From assembly GCA_963833985.1 (NCBI GenBank), contig CAWIAD010000001.1, forward strand, positions 2,336,001 to 2,400,000: DNA of 64,000 nt. Direction: 5' to 3'. The notes beneath the pieces are model-generated. The model saw only the letters and a program-made list of their open reading frames with translations, was not told where the DNA came from and did no database searches. Each line of letters begins with the position of its first letter. Within the stretch, counting starts at the first letter, position 1. This DNA comes from an uncultured Planctomycetaceae bacterium. GTDB lineage: Bacteria > Planctomycetota > Planctomycetia > Isosphaerales > Isosphaeraceae. Position numbers and translations under genes: made by a program. Below are positions 10,457-21,923 of this stretch, piece by piece.

Positions 10457-12334
10457 TCAGGGCGTGGTTCCCACCACGGCACCTGTCCTGGGGCGATACG
10501 TTGAGAGCCGGAATCGACCTGTGCGCGTGATCGGCCGGGGCGGTTGGGGTGCGCGGCGGGGCCGCTCCGGGGCCCGGCCCACGCAGCGGTTGAAGGTGGC
10601 CAGGGTGAAGGCCAGGAGCAGCAGGGCGAAAAGCAGGATCGCCAGGATCACGAACACCTGAGCGAGGTAGAAGGCCACGGGACTGTCTGAAATGGACGAC
10701 CCCATGCTCTCGGGGCGCACGATCTGGCCACCAAACGGGCAGAAGCTGGCGATGACCAGTGCGATGAACTCGAGAGCGCCATTGTCCCTCGGTGGAATCA
10801 TCTGCAACCAGGCCAGGAGCGCAGGCACAAGCTCGATGAGCAAAACCCATCCGAAGGCGTAACATGCGTAGAGCGCCACGCTCAGGCCCACGGCGCGTCC
10901 CAGCCTGCGGAACCAGGTCGCCAGCGCCACGCCCACGCTCGTGACCGCCGCGCCCTGAGCGAGGAACAGGCCGAGCGGAAGTGCCACGGAGGCAAAGCGG
11001 TCCAGCAGGTCGTGAGCCAGGCGCGGCTCGCCGAGCTTCGCTGCGTTCCGGGCCACATGAGGCAGCCCGGCGGCGAAAGCCAGAGAGGCGATTGCCGGCA
11101 AGAGCGCGAGTGCCGGGATGACCCGGAACGCGCTCCACCACTTGGCCAGAAGGATCTGCTCGCTGGAGAGCGGGGTGGTCAAAAGCAGGTCCAGACTGCC
11201 GTGCGCCCGTTCCTCGGCAAGCACCGTGGGCGCGAACAGGCTTACCAGCAGCAGGCCGAAGGTGGCGTGGAAACCGGCGACCATGGTGAGAAACTCGGCG
11301 CCGTCGTATCGATCCTCCGTGAGCACGAAGAGCCCCCAGCCCATACCCGCGAGTGACGTGGCAATGAAGCAGCCCCAGACGACGCGCGCCAGCCGCGTGG
11401 GCCGGCCGCGTCTCCATTCACGCCAGAGCACCGGGTCGTTGTCGAGCGAGGGGCCCGGCCGCCAGGCTGAGATTCTGGCGCCGGTGCGTCTCAGCCAGGC
11501 CGGCAGCCAGAGGGAGCGAGAACGCGTCCGGTCCGCCAGGTCGGGCCGCAGCCTGAGCACCGCGTACCCCGCCAAGCACGCACAAAGCAGCAGGGTTCCG
11601 CCCAGCACCGCCGCCAGGTCCCAGCCGAAGGACGCGCTTGGCCACAGGTACGGCCCCCAGGCCAGCACGAAAGGGTTGATCGTCCAGAGCCAGTATGGCA
11701 CCGCGCCCAGGGGAGCGGTCTGGTTGAGGATTTCCCAGACCAGGGGCGAGAGCACCCAGAGCACTTCAAGGCCATAAACGGCCATCAGCACCTCGTGCGT
11801 CTTACGGGCTCGCACCGAGAACGCCAGGGCCAGCGTGCAGCCCACTACGGCCACCATCACCGTGATGAGCGAGAGCGCGATGATGGCTTCGATCACGATT
11901 CCCCCCAGCAGACCCGCAAGCGCCAGCACGGGCACCGTGGTGGCCACAAGGGCAAGCACCGGCGCCAGTCGGGCCGCGAGCTTGCCCAGCACGATCTCGG
12001 TATTCGTGAGGTCCGTGACCAGCATGTGTGTGAGCGTGCCGCGGGCCCGGTCCTGACAGATGGTCGCGGCGGTTGCGGCCGGCGCGATCAGGAGCACGAG
12101 CACCAGTTGCATGGAAGCAATCGCGATGTAAAACGTCTGGCCGAGGGAGGCGAGCTGGTTGACGGGAATATCGCCGGTCGAGCCTGATCCCGGGACGTCG
12201 ATCGCCCAGGCCAACGCCAGCGCGGCCAGAAGACCCAGAACGAAGAGCGACCGCAACGCATAGAGCTGCCAGCGCCTGGCCGCGGCGATTGACTCGTGGA
12301 CGAATACCGGCCCGGGTCCCAGGTGAAATGTCAT
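10457..12334 (-). CDS. ABC-2 type transporter permease (internally duplicated)
   Basis: Many transmembrane segments; two copies of the permease loop (DRARGTLTHMLVTDLT and ERAHGSLDLLLTTPLS). Confidence 0.85.
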   Translation of the reverse strand: MTFHLGPGPVFVHESIAAARRWQLYALRSLFVLGLLAALALAWAIDVPGSGSTGDIPVNQLASLGQTFYIAIASMQLVLVLLIAPAATAATICQDRARGTLTHMLVTDLTNTEIVLGKLAARLAPVLALVATTVPVLALAGLLGGIVIEAIIALSLITVMVAVVGCTLALAFSVRARKTHEVLMAVYGLEVLWVLSPLVWEILNQTAPLGAVPYWLWTINPFVLAWGPYLWPSASFGWDLAAVLGGTLLLCACLAGYAVLRLRPDLADRTRSRSLWLPAWLRRTGARISAWRPGPSLDNDPVLWREWRRGRPTRLARVVWGCFIATSLAGMGWGLFVLTEDRYDGAEFLTMVAGFHATFGLLLVSLFAPTVLAEERAHGSLDLLLTTPLSSEQILLAKWWSAFRVIPALALLPAIASLAFAAGLPHVARNAAKLGEPRLAHDLLDRFASVALPLGLFLAQGAAVTSVGVALATWFRRLGRAVGLSVALYACYAFGWVLLIELVPALLAWLQMIPPRDNGALEFIALVIASFCPFGGQIVRPESMGSSISDSPVAFYLAQVFVILAILLFALLLLAFTLATFNRCVGRAPERPRRAPQPPRPITRTGRFRLSTYRPRTGAVVGTTP

Positions 12335-12456
12335 CGGCGTCTCTCCGTGCGGCCGTGGTCTGAAAGCGCCATGGCGTTCCGTGCGTGTGTGAACCTACCA
12401 GACAAGCCCGGTCGCGGGCAATCTCAGCGACCGCCCAACCGGGATGGCTTCGCAAA

Positions 12457-12829
12457 ATGAATGCATCAAACCACAGAGATCACTGGGCGCGCCTGGAGGC
12501 TATACCGTTGGAATTGCGTTGACGAGAAGGGGGGTAAGAACTTTGCGACAGAGCTGTTCCCGCGTGGAGTGTGGGAACAGCGGTCGAAACGCACTTCGTC
12601 ACATGGATTTCCCAGCCTCAGCACGCGCCCAATCGACGCGATGCAATCGCAGACGGCACATGAATGCATCAAACCACAGAGAGCACATGAATGCATCAAA
12701 CCACAGAGAGCACAGAGAGAATTCGGGCAGAAACGAGAGCACGAAAGTTCCTTTTTTCTCGAGAGCACGAGATTTCCTTTTTTCTTCTTTCCTCCGTGTT
12801 CTCTGTGTTCTCTGTGGTTGCACGCATTC
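12457..12829. repeat. Composite direct/inverted repeat (CCACAGAGAGCACAGAG family, MITE-like)
   Basis: 27-bp unit ATGAATGCATCAAACCACAGAGA(G/T)CAC at 12457, 12660 and 12687; inverted copy at 12792-12829; inner 26-bp tandem pair at 12734-12785. Confidence 0.8.
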
Positions 12830-13018
12830 CTGAGCGGCACACCAGGCTCGCGCACGATTTGCGCGTCCGGGACTATGAATGTTTCTGGCTGATCCGCTCT
12901 TTTTCGGCACCGCGCGGTTGCTCCGGGCGCAATCTTCGCAGAATGGAAAGTAGCTCGGGCCCGTGCGGGGCGCTTTTCGGTTCGCTGTTTTGCAACTTGC
13001 GGCAGGGATTGTTTCGCC

Positions 13019-13963
13019 ATGATTCTGTGCGTCACGCTCAATCCGTGTCTGGACAAGACGTTGACTGTTCCAGGCTGGAAGCCGGGAGACCTGGTGCGCG
13101 GGCTCTCCTTGCGGGAAGTGGTGGGAGGTAAGGGGAACAACGTGGCGCGGGCGCTCCAGCGGCTGGGCCGGACGGCGCGGCCCGTGACCTTCCTCGGGGG
13201 CTCCATCGGCAAGTCGTGCGCGGAACTGCTGCGGCACGACGACGGGCTGGACCCGATCGTGGTCCAGACGCAAGCACCCACGCGAGTAATCCTCACGGTG
13301 CTCACGGAAGGAACGACCGACCAGACGGCGTTCTTCGACCCGGATCCGGCCGTCTCCTCATCCGAGGCCGACGCTCTCATTGATGCGGTACAGGATGCCC
13401 TGGGAGGGCCCGGGGTTGCAGCGCTCACGCTTTCCGGATCGAGCCCGTCCGCGGCGACGCACGGTGTTTACAGCGACCTCATCTCGCTCGGCAAGACGCG
13501 ACGGATTCCGGTATTCCTGGATACCTACGGCCCTGCGCTGGAAGGGATCTGGGGGTTCTGGCCCACAGTGCTCCAGGTGAATCGGAAGGAGGCGGCCGGG
13601 CGGCTTGGCAACCCGAGCCTGAGCGATCAGGACGCGCTGGGCCTGCTGGCAAGCTGGCATCGCCACGGAGTTACCTGCGGCATCATCACCGACGGCCCCA
13701 ACCCCGCGCTCATCCAGGTGCGGGAGAAGCGGTTCCGCGCCATCCCGCCGGCCCTCCGCGCGCTCAACCCGATCGGCTCGGGCGATACGCTGCTGGCGGG
13801 CCTGGTGGACGCCTGGCTCGCGGGCAGCGACACCGAGCCGATGATCCGCCATGCCATGGGGTGCGCCGCGGCGAACGCCGCGGTCTGGGACGCGGGGGGC
13901 ATTGACCGCGAGCAGGCCGAACGCCTCGCCGCCGAGGTGATCCTCGAGCCCATCGCTCGGTGA
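13019..13963 (+). CDS. 1-phosphofructokinase-family (PfkB) hexose kinase
   Basis: VTLNPCLD, GGKGNNVA, LSGS and NPIGSGDTLLAG. Confidence 0.9.
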   Translation: MILCVTLNPCLDKTLTVPGWKPGDLVRGLSLREVVGGKGNNVARALQRLGRTARPVTFLGGSIGKSCAELLRHDDGLDPIVVQTQAPTRVILTVLTEGTTDQTAFFDPDPAVSSSEADALIDAVQDALGGPGVAALTLSGSSPSAATHGVYSDLISLGKTRRIPVFLDTYGPALEGIWGFWPTVLQVNRKEAAGRLGNPSLSDQDALGLLASWHRHGVTCGIITDGPNPALIQVREKRFRAIPPALRALNPIGSGDTLLAGLVDAWLAGSDTEPMIRHAMGCAAANAAVWDAGGIDREQAERLAAEVILEPIAR

Positions 13964-14030
13964 GCCTGTAACGGCCCGCCAGCCGGCTGGCTGCTGCCTT
14001 GCCTGTCCGGCCGATGGCGCCGACAGAGCC

Positions 14031-15395
14031 TCAGCCGCGCAGCAGCAGCGCGATCGTGAAGATGGCGATCAGTCCCAGGCCCAGCACGATCAGCGAGAAG
14101 TGGAGCAGCCAGCGGCTATCGCTGTTCATTCGCCGGATGTTCGGTACAGCCGGCGGAGGAAGCTGGCGAATCTTCGCGGGCATCGGCGGCAAGGGGATGC
14201 GGCGCCTGGGCGCCGGAGTCGGCTCGGCGTCGCCCAGATCGCGCAGCGAGAGGACGCTCTCGCTCGTCTCGTCGGCCAGTGAAAGCAGGCGCAGGTCCTC
14301 GTCGGCCAGTGGTGGAGGCGGCGGGTGAAAGAGCCGGGCGGCCTCGGCCTCGGCACCAAGGATGGCGCGGATCCGGCTCGGGTCGGTCCACCGGGCCAGG
14401 TCGAGGCGCAGCTCCTGACAGTCCTGATAGCGTTCCTCGGGGTTCTTGGCCATGAGCTTGCGGACGATGGCGGCGAAGGCCGCGGGAACTCCGCGGGCGA
14501 TCTTCTCCAGCGGCTCCGGGTCGTCCAGGCGCTGGCGGAAGATCTTGTTGATCATGTCGCCTCCCTCGAAGGGCGGCCGCCCCGAGAGCACGAAGTAGAG
14601 CGTGCAGCCCACGCTGTAGAGGTCGCTCCGCACGTCGGCCTTGGTGGCGTCGCTGAGCTGCTCGGGGCTGGCGTAATCCAGGGTCCCCAGCACGGTGTTG
14701 GCGCGGGTGATCCCCTTCTCCTCGCCCATGGCACGGGCCAGGCCCAGGTCCAGGATCTTGGCGTTGCCATCGGGGGTGATCATGATGTTCGACGGTTTGA
14801 TATCGCGATGCACAAGCCCAGCCAGATGGGCGGCGTGCAGCCCGTCGAGGATCTTGAGGAAGAGCCGGGCCGCATCGCTCACCCGGAGCGGGCCGTAGCG
14901 CTCGCTGCGGACCATGTCGAAGAGGCTCATGCCGGGAATGTATTCCAGGACCATGAAATGGACGTCGCCCTCGGCTCCCACGGACAGCGTGCGTGCCACG
15001 TTGGGATGGTCGCAGCGCTGCGAGAGTTCCATCTCGCGACGGAAGCGCGCCAGGCTGCCGGCATCCTCGGCCGCCTTCCGGGGCGGCAATACCTTGATGG
15101 CGACCTTGCCGAAAGTCTCGTCGTTGACGGCCAGGAAGACCTTGCCCATGCCGCCCTCGCCGAGGGGACGGAGGATGCGGTAGCCGCCCAGGAAGAACCC
15201 GCGCGTGGCGCCCGCGAGCAGCTTGCGCGCCTGATAGGTGGTGAGGAACCCCTGGGAAACCAGCAGACGAGCCAGCCGCAGCGATGCGTCAGCCGCCGGC
15301 TGCTCGTCCAGGCGGGCGTGCGCCTGCGAGATCTCCATGGCAGGCACCAACCCCGAGCGGGCGACCGCATCCGCGAAGTCGTCGAGCTGGAGCAT
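14031..15395 (-). CDS. Hanks-type Ser/Thr protein kinase with C-terminal membrane anchor
   Basis: GEGGMGKV, VAIK, HRDIKPSN, DLG, SPE; hydrophobic C-terminus. Confidence 0.95.
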   Translation of the reverse strand: MLQLDDFADAVARSGLVPAMEISQAHARLDEQPAADASLRLARLLVSQGFLTTYQARKLLAGATRGFFLGGYRILRPLGEGGMGKVFLAVNDETFGKVAIKVLPPRKAAEDAGSLARFRREMELSQRCDHPNVARTLSVGAEGDVHFMVLEYIPGMSLFDMVRSERYGPLRVSDAARLFLKILDGLHAAHLAGLVHRDIKPSNIMITPDGNAKILDLGLARAMGEEKGITRANTVLGTLDYASPEQLSDATKADVRSDLYSVGCTLYFVLSGRPPFEGGDMINKIFRQRLDDPEPLEKIARGVPAAFAAIVRKLMAKNPEERYQDCQELRLDLARWTDPSRIRAILGAEAEAARLFHPPPPPLADEDLRLLSLADETSESVLSLRDLGDAEPTPAPRRRIPLPPMPAKIRQLPPPAVPNIRRMNSDSRWLLHFSLIVLGLGLIAIFTIALLLRG

Positions 15396-15465
15396 GTCCT
15401 GTCATCCTGGAACCTGATGTCGCGGGACCGCCCTCGTGGCCAGCGGCCCATCGAGCCACGGAGGC

Positions 15466-16443
15466 TCAATGACTGGTGGTGGAGAGCCCGGGATCGCTTT
15501 GCGCCACCACGTTGATGATCAGGCAGGTCACGTTGTCTTTGGAATCGTTGTCCAGGGCCATGTCCTTGAGCATCACCGCGGCCTGCTGCGGATCACTGAC
15601 AGTGCACAGCACCCTGGCCAGCTCGTCGTCGGGAACAACCCCGGTGAGCCCGTCGCTGGCCAGCAGGAAGCGGTCACCGGGCCGGACGTCGAGTACGCGG
15701 AAATCTTCCGGGCCGCTTCGCGCATCCTTGCTCCCCAGGTAGAGGTACAGGACGTTCTTGAACTTGTGGGTCGCCAGCTCTTCCTTGGTGATCGTGCCCG
15801 CGTCCAGCAGCGCATCGGCCAGCGAGTGGTCCCTGGTCAACTGCTCAAGCTTGCTATCACGCAGGCGATACGCCCGGGAGTCACCGATGCCGGCGACGAA
15901 CACGCGATCCTGGCGGAACTGGGCCAGGACCACGGTCGTGCCCATATTGGAGTACTCGGTCACCAGCCCGGAGCTGCCGAGGATCTCCGAGTTGACCTCG
16001 GCAACGGCCTCGCGGATCGCGTCCTGGATGTGCCGCGGCTCCTTCTCCTCGCCCGCAAGGCGCCTGGCGATCGCCCTGGGAATGAGCTCGACGGCCATCA
16101 GGCTGGCCTTCTCGCCGGCTTGCTGACCGCCCATGCCGTCCGCCACGATGAACAGATTCTCGGGCTCCATGGTCATGGCCGGCGTCTCGGCGCTGCCGTC
16201 GGAGACGTCGGGCCGGACCGGGCGCCTGCCGGGCACATAATAGTTGTCCTCGTTGTGCTCGCGATAATTGCCGCGCACCGACACCACGCCCACCTTGAGC
16301 TTCAACTGGCCGGGCAGGAGAGTCAGCGACGACATGGTGGCGAACTCGTCCGTGGCGTCCACGTCGACACCCGCGGAGCCGAATCGGAGCAGCCACTTCC
16401 AGAACGCCTTCATCTTTGAGATCAGCCCTGATATCCAGCTCAC
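15466..16443 (-). CDS. PP2C-family Ser/Thr phosphatase
   Basis: REHNED, VADGMGG, GIGDSRAY, LASDGL, DNVT. Start uncertain (16443 GTG or 16413 ATG). Confidence 0.92.
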   Translation of the reverse strand: MSWISGLISKMKAFWKWLLRFGSAGVDVDATDEFATMSSLTLLPGQLKLKVGVVSVRGNYREHNEDNYYVPGRRPVRPDVSDGSAETPAMTMEPENLFIVADGMGGQQAGEKASLMAVELIPRAIARRLAGEEKEPRHIQDAIREAVAEVNSEILGSSGLVTEYSNMGTTVVLAQFRQDRVFVAGIGDSRAYRLRDSKLEQLTRDHSLADALLDAGTITKEELATHKFKNVLYLYLGSKDARSGPEDFRVLDVRPGDRFLLASDGLTGVVPDDELARVLCTVSDPQQAAVMLKDMALDNDSKDNVTCLIINVVAQSDPGLSTTSH

Positions 16444-16627
16444 CGCGACTGCCTTCTTTCGTCCCGAACCTGAAAACCGCACAACCGACCGAGCGGATCG
16501 GCAGGGGGCCCAGGCAACGATGCCCTCCAGCTCCATAAGCGGCTCCAGGAACGGAGCCTGCCCACCCTCCGGCGAATCAGCACCCAAGGGCTAACGGCGT
16601 TCCCCCCTGCCGGTCCACTGGCCGGCA

Positions 16628-17374
16628 CTAGCTGCGTGCATGCGCGGGACTAGCCCAGCGCATCAGGTCATCAACCCCCACCGAGCGATACGTCAGGAAC
16701 AGCTCGCCCGCCTCGAACCCCGCGGTCAGGCCGTGATAACGGTTCATCGTCTCGACCGCGCGGAACAGGCCCGCCTTGGTTTCCGGGAACTGTGTCTGGT
16801 ACACGCGGATGGCTTCCAGCTTCACCTCCAGCGTGGGGCCGATGTCGGCCACGATATACCCGGAAGCTTCTGGCAAGTCTAACCCATGCAAGGCGATCGG
16901 AAAACTGAGCTGATTGGAGATCACGTGCGGGCTGTGACCGTCGAAGTGCTCGTCCCATTTGGTCAGGCGGCTGTAGAACACCGCCGCGTCGGTGATCAGC
17001 ATGGCCTGGTAGTGGTCCGGCGAGGCGAGGACCGTCTTGCCGCCAAAACCAAGCACGACCTTGGGACGGTAAGTGCGAAAAACCTTGGCCAGCGCCACGC
17101 GTGCCTCGAACGAGTCGAAGAGGCGACGGTTGGGCAGGTTCAGGTTGAGCCGTACGGGCACACCCAGGATGCTGGCCGCCCGCTGGGCCTCCGCCAGCCG
17201 GACATCCGGGCCTGGCGAGCCGGGAGTCGGCTCGCCGTCGGTCAGATCCACGATGCCAACCTGGTACCCCTTGCGCACCAGGCGCGCCAGCGTTCCTCCG
17301 CAGGCGATCTCCACATCGTCGGGATGGGCCCCGACCGCGATCAGATCGAGTTCCCGCTCTGCCTGAATGGCCAT
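16628..17374 (-). CDS. bshB1: PIG-L/LmbE deacetylase, BshB1-like
   Basis: [20 protein letters not shown] and SPDH motifs. Confidence 0.75.
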   Translation of the reverse strand: MAIQAERELDLIAVGAHPDDVEIACGGTLARLVRKGYQVGIVDLTDGEPTPGSPGPDVRLAEAQRAASILGVPVRLNLNLPNRRLFDSFEARVALAKVFRTYRPKVVLGFGGKTVLASPDHYQAMLITDAAVFYSRLTKWDEHFDGHSPHVISNQLSFPIALHGLDLPEASGYIVADIGPTLEVKLEAIRVYQTQFPETKAGLFRAVETMNRYHGLTAGFEAGELFLTYRSVGVDDLMRWASPAHARS

Positions 17375-17581
17375 ACGCTAGCACACCCCCGCCGGTGCGG
17401 CATGCCCCGAACTTCCGATCCAAGATGATAGATCGCCGGGTCGTGCACTCACAATATGCGTGTCGTCAGGTTTTTTGTAATCGCGGCAAGCTCCATTGCT
17501 GACTTGGGTTTCGTCCCTTTCTCGTCCATTCGCGGAAATGGGCTCGGGCTTCGAACCCACCCCTGGAATCTCGCGATTTTC

Positions 17582-18612
17582 TCAGGGATTCGCCGCGGGG
17601 CAGCCCTGGCAGGGGGGGGGCCCGTCCCCGGTGGCCGAACACGGTGGCGCGGCCGTCGCCGCGTCAGGCGTGCACCCCGCCTCGGGCGGGCAGGGCAGAA
17701 GCCATTCCCCGAGCGAGCGTGCCAGCAACTCGGCATGGGTGACATGTGGTATATGGCCGACGGTCGGCAAGAGCAAGCTCTCGGATTGCGGCAGGGCGGC
17801 TCTCAGCTCCTCGAAGTATCGGAAGGGCACGATCCGGTCGTCGCGGCCTTGCACCAGCAAGAGACGGGTGGCGATCCTGTCCAGTTCAGGCCGCAGGTCC
17901 AGTCGCGTCAAAAGCGCGGTGCGGTGCGCCAGGGCGCGGATTGGCGTGCGGCCGTTCTCCTCAAGGTAGATGGGCCAGCGGTCCTCGAGAACCCGTGGGA
18001 AATCGAGCTTGCTGTTGTACGTCAACACGCGCTGCGCAGGGGGAGGCGGACCGCGGTCCCGGGCACCCGGCGGCCCAGGAACAGGGCCGCCCGCTCGGCC
18101 GCCGTGAACCGGCGGTGCGTGAAAGCTCCCTGCACGACGGCCGCGGCAAAACGCCCGGACGCCCGCGCCAGCGCCTTGAGGGCGATCGTCGAGCCGAACG
18201 AAATTCCCGCCAGGTACACCTGCTCGACGCCCAGGTGGTCGAGCAGGCCCAGCAGATCGTCCGCCAGGTGATCGTGAGTGATCCGGGAAAGCCGGGCACC
18301 GTCGCCGGGACGGTCGCCGGGATACTCGTACTGGACCGTCTGGAACCGCTCCGCCAGGCGGTTCAGCACCAGCGCGTGAATGCGATAGGTCGAGGCGATT
18401 CCGGGAATCCAGACGAGGAGCGGGCCTGCTCCGAGCGAGCGGTAGGTCATCCGGTAGCGCGGACCGTGCCATTCTGCGACCTCGGCGCGGGCGTCGTACT
18501 GGCTGATCTCGCGACGGAAGTTCGCCGGCGGTTGACAGCAGCCCGCCGGGGGAACCGGGCCAGGCTCAGCGGAATCTGCGGGCGTGGATTCGAGCGCGGG
18601 TTCGGTGCTCAT
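17582..18612 (-). CDS. Alpha/beta hydrolase (apparent frameshift ~18035)
   Basis: GISFG nucleophile elbow in ORF 18022..18612; QGRDDRIVP and GHIPH in ORF 17582..18472. Confidence 0.82.
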
Positions 18613-18618
18613 AGGACT

Positions 18619-19887
18619 TCAGGTCACAGGGGCGGGCGTGCGCCCCGGCTCCGGGGTGTGAAAGACCATGCTGGCAAAGCTCACGCAGCACGACCGGCGG
18701 TCGTCGAGGGCCTGTTCATACCGCAGCAGCGTGCCGGCGGCCGGGCCCATCGCGTGCAGCATGGTGTACGTGGCCGCCAGGCCGCACACCCGGTAGCGAT
18801 TCCCCACGGCAGCCGCCGTCTGGAACCACAGTGCCGGATCGGCGGAGCCGGCGTGCTGGAGTAACTGGCCGTCGAACTGGCGGATGGTCTTCTGCAACGC
18901 GCCGTCGACCGGGTCCGTGTCGCCGAACTCCGGCCCGACGTGACAGAGATCGATTCCGCCGATGTACGCGACCTTCTTGCCGCTGGCGGCCTCCGCGGTC
19001 CCGAGCGCCTCGACGAACCGTGCCACCTGCGGATCGTCGATGGGCTCGATGCCGCCGTCCATGAGATCCTGAAACGACCCGACGAGGATGGGCACAATCG
19101 TCAGCGACCGCCCCGGACCGAGCACGGATTGCAGCCAGACCACCTGGAACTCGATGGAATGTTCCGCCCGGTGCACCAGCTCGTCATCGAACAGTTCCGC
19201 ACCGGCACCGGCCGCGATGCGCTCGACGTAGGTGCGGTCGGTGGACGCGACACCGAGGGGCGTCTCGAAGTCCTTCAATGTCAGGGCGAACCGCCGCCGG
19301 CAGTACTGGTGCGCAACGCCGACGATCACGAAAATGTCGATGTCGGCCTGGCTGGCCAGCTCGCGGTACGACCAGGTGTAAACCGTCCCGCCCCGGCGGA
19401 AGTCGATATGTGGGCTGAGCACCCCGCGCAGTCGTTTGGGCGGGCAGGGCGGGTCGACCGCGGCCGTCCCCGCTCCCCCAGCGGCGTGGAAATAGCCGCT
19501 GACCTGTTCTCGCAGGGCGGCCGGCTCGGCCGGGTACGACCGCCCCGCGAGCGCCGCGGTGCGTACACTCTGCTCGCGGAAGGCATCCCGGAACGAGGCG
19601 AACGTGGGCCCGTCGAGCACCATCGCCCGATCGAGGTCGGCGACCAGCCGCTCCAGAACCTCGCCGCCCAGCCGAAATCCGCTCTCTTGCTGTACGCGCG
19701 AAGGTATCTCGGCAAGCGTGTTCTGGCCGTCAAAATGCCGGCAAATGTGCAGGAAGGCCTCGAGCGGAACGAGCACAGGGCTGGTGAAGGCCCCCAGGGG
19801 GTCGTGCAGGAGGGCAAAGGAACGACCTTCATGGTCGTATCGCGAGGCAGACAAGTATCGCAGCTTGGGTCGATCCAGAGTCGTCAT
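18619..19887 (-). CDS. amrB: MEMO1-family protein (AmmeMemoRadiSam system protein B)
   Basis: SPHIDF, GVAH, FETPLG, EHSIEFQ, DLCHVG, VCG. Confidence 0.9.
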   Translation of the reverse strand: MTTLDRPKLRYLSASRYDHEGRSFALLHDPLGAFTSPVLVPLEAFLHICRHFDGQNTLAEIPSRVQQESGFRLGGEVLERLVADLDRAMVLDGPTFASFRDAFREQSVRTAALAGRSYPAEPAALREQVSGYFHAAGGAGTAAVDPPCPPKRLRGVLSPHIDFRRGGTVYTWSYRELASQADIDIFVIVGVAHQYCRRRFALTLKDFETPLGVASTDRTYVERIAAGAGAELFDDELVHRAEHSIEFQVVWLQSVLGPGRSLTIVPILVGSFQDLMDGGIEPIDDPQVARFVEALGTAEAASGKKVAYIGGIDLCHVGPEFGDTDPVDGALQKTIRQFDGQLLQHAGSADPALWFQTAAAVGNRYRVCGLAATYTMLHAMGPAAGTLLRYEQALDDRRSCCVSFASMVFHTPEPGRTPAPVT

Positions 19888-20692
19888 GGAAACCGCAAAG
19901 GACGATCAGCGAGGGCCGGTCATGACCAGAAACACGGTCATCCCATTCTTCGCCGGTCGCATCTCCCGGTCAAGCCAGACGGCGCGGACCGCGCGGAGGG
20001 TTCGAGATCAGGGGCAGCGGCCAGGCAGGAGGAGCAATTTCACGGATTGGCTGAGGATGCATGGGAAAATCCTCCTTTCAAGGAGTCAACGCAACTCTCC
20101 AGCGTGCCAAGACGGGCAGCGTCCGTTCTCCACGAAGGAGGTCAATTGCAATTACCATGCCACGTCCCGGATCGGGCCTTCCCGGGACTGGGGGATCGGA
20201 ACGGCCTCGAACCCGGTCGTCTTGACAGGCGGACTGAGCGGCCCCTCTGGCCTGACGCGGAGGCAGCCATTCCATACCACCCCGCAGTGCCCGCGAGAAT
20301 GGCCGCAAGTCTTTGCGGGTCAAGAGAAAAGGCGTCGTTAGCGCGCTCGCCGTGCCTCCCTCGCTGGGCGGGTGCCCTGAAAGCTCGTGACCCGAGCGTG
20401 CTGAGACAATGCCCAGGAGGCCGCGGGTGGCTTGCGTCCCTGACTGTGGCGAGCATGCCTTGCGGTCCTGCGGCCCTGCCTGAAAAACCGACAAACGGCA
20501 CCACGAACAGAGCATTCGACAGGACGGCCGAAACACCGGCGTGCCGGCAAACCGGATCAGGGGATGCTCTGGCGGGAATCCTCCAGGTTTGCTAGGGTGC
20601 CGGCGGAATTCGGGGCGGTCGTCGATCCGACTCGCGTCCCGCGGGTGCAGAGGTGAAGAAGCTCGGGCAAGGAGCACGGAGGTCGATTGCCC

Positions 20693-21645
20693 ATGCCACG
20701 GCGAACCACGATCATCACTGGCTTTTTCCTGGCGTTCTGGTCGATGTCGGCCGCATGGTCGGCCGCCCAGTCGACCGCCGCGCGTGCTCCGGTCAGCGAG
20801 AGCCCCGCGCAGGGTGTGGCCGAGGCGCCGGGGGGCAACCCCGCCCGGCCGGACCCGCCGCACCCAGGGTCGATATCAACTGGCTGCTCGAGAAGTGGGA
20901 GCAGCAGAGTTCGCTCCTGAGGACGCTGGACGTGCGGATTTTGCGGATCGACGACAACCCGGCCTGGGGCGAGGTCGAGTACTACAGCGGGCGCGCCCTC
21001 TTCCAGAGCCCGAACCTGGCCTTCATCAACTTCGACAAGATCAAGCTGGACGACAAGAAGCGGCCGATGCGGGACCCCAGGAACAAGGACGCCTGGCTGA
21101 CCACGCAGGACGAGCGGATCCTCTGCACCGGCAACGAGGTCTGGCAATACAAGAGCGACACCCAGCAGGTCTTCATCTTCCCTCTGAACAAGGACGAGAA
21201 GGCGAAGGCCATGGAGGAGGGCCCTCTGCCTTTCCTCTTCAACATGTGCGCCGACGACGCCCGCAGGCGGTACCAGATGAAGCTCATCAGCCAGGACGCC
21301 AAGAGCTTCGGCGTGAGCATCATTCCGAAGCTGCCCGAGGACCAGGGAAGCTTCAGCGTGGCCTTCGTGAACCTGGACCGCAAGTATCTCCTGCCGGTCC
21401 GGATCGTGATGAAGTCGCCGGATGGCAAGAGCACCAAGGACTACCAGTTGCCGGCGAAGGACATTCGGGCCAACTTCCCGATCAACCCGGAGAACTTCAA
21501 GGGGAAGGTCCTCGGCCCGCCCTGGAAGATTGTCCGCAACCCCGGAGCGGACGACGCGCCGGGTACGGAACCGGCCCGGGGACGGAGAAACCCGCCGGCG
21601 CAGCCCTCGGCCGCCCGTCCCCGCCAGGGGTCCATCGGCCGCTGA
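20693..21645 (+). CDS. Planctomycete LolA-like exported protein (TIGR03009-like; apparent frameshift ~20865)
   Basis: Signal peptide in ORF 20687..20920 after GGAGG; LLEKWEQ...ERILCTGNEVWQY...GPLPFLF in ORF 20653..21645. Confidence 0.7.
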
Positions 21646-21923
21646 GCGAGCGGCCAGGGCCCGGTCCGCTCCCCCGCAGTCCTGACGCCAGAGGCGATGC
21701 CGCCTTGCCTTGAAGCCGGCAACGGCGCCGTTTGACGCTTCTCCTGCGCCCGTCTATAATCACCTGGCGGCTGGCGGCTTGGCTCCTTCCGTCCCCGCAT
21801 CAAGGCCCGTTCCGAAGACCTTGTTCGATCGGTTTTCTCCCATCGAGCCGGCCGCTTGACTCACCGGCCAGAATGGTTTTGGATCTTGAGCCGCGACCGA
21901 CTCTCGGAGGGAGCCCAACTTCC

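Noticed and set aside
12660..12713. Possible CRISPR repeats
   Set aside because: Head-to-tail tandem copies without spacers.
19890..20690. 800-bp intergenic region as ncRNA or hidden gene
   Set aside because: No tRNA, riboswitch or known RNA motif recognised; ORFs there look like GC-rich shadow frames.
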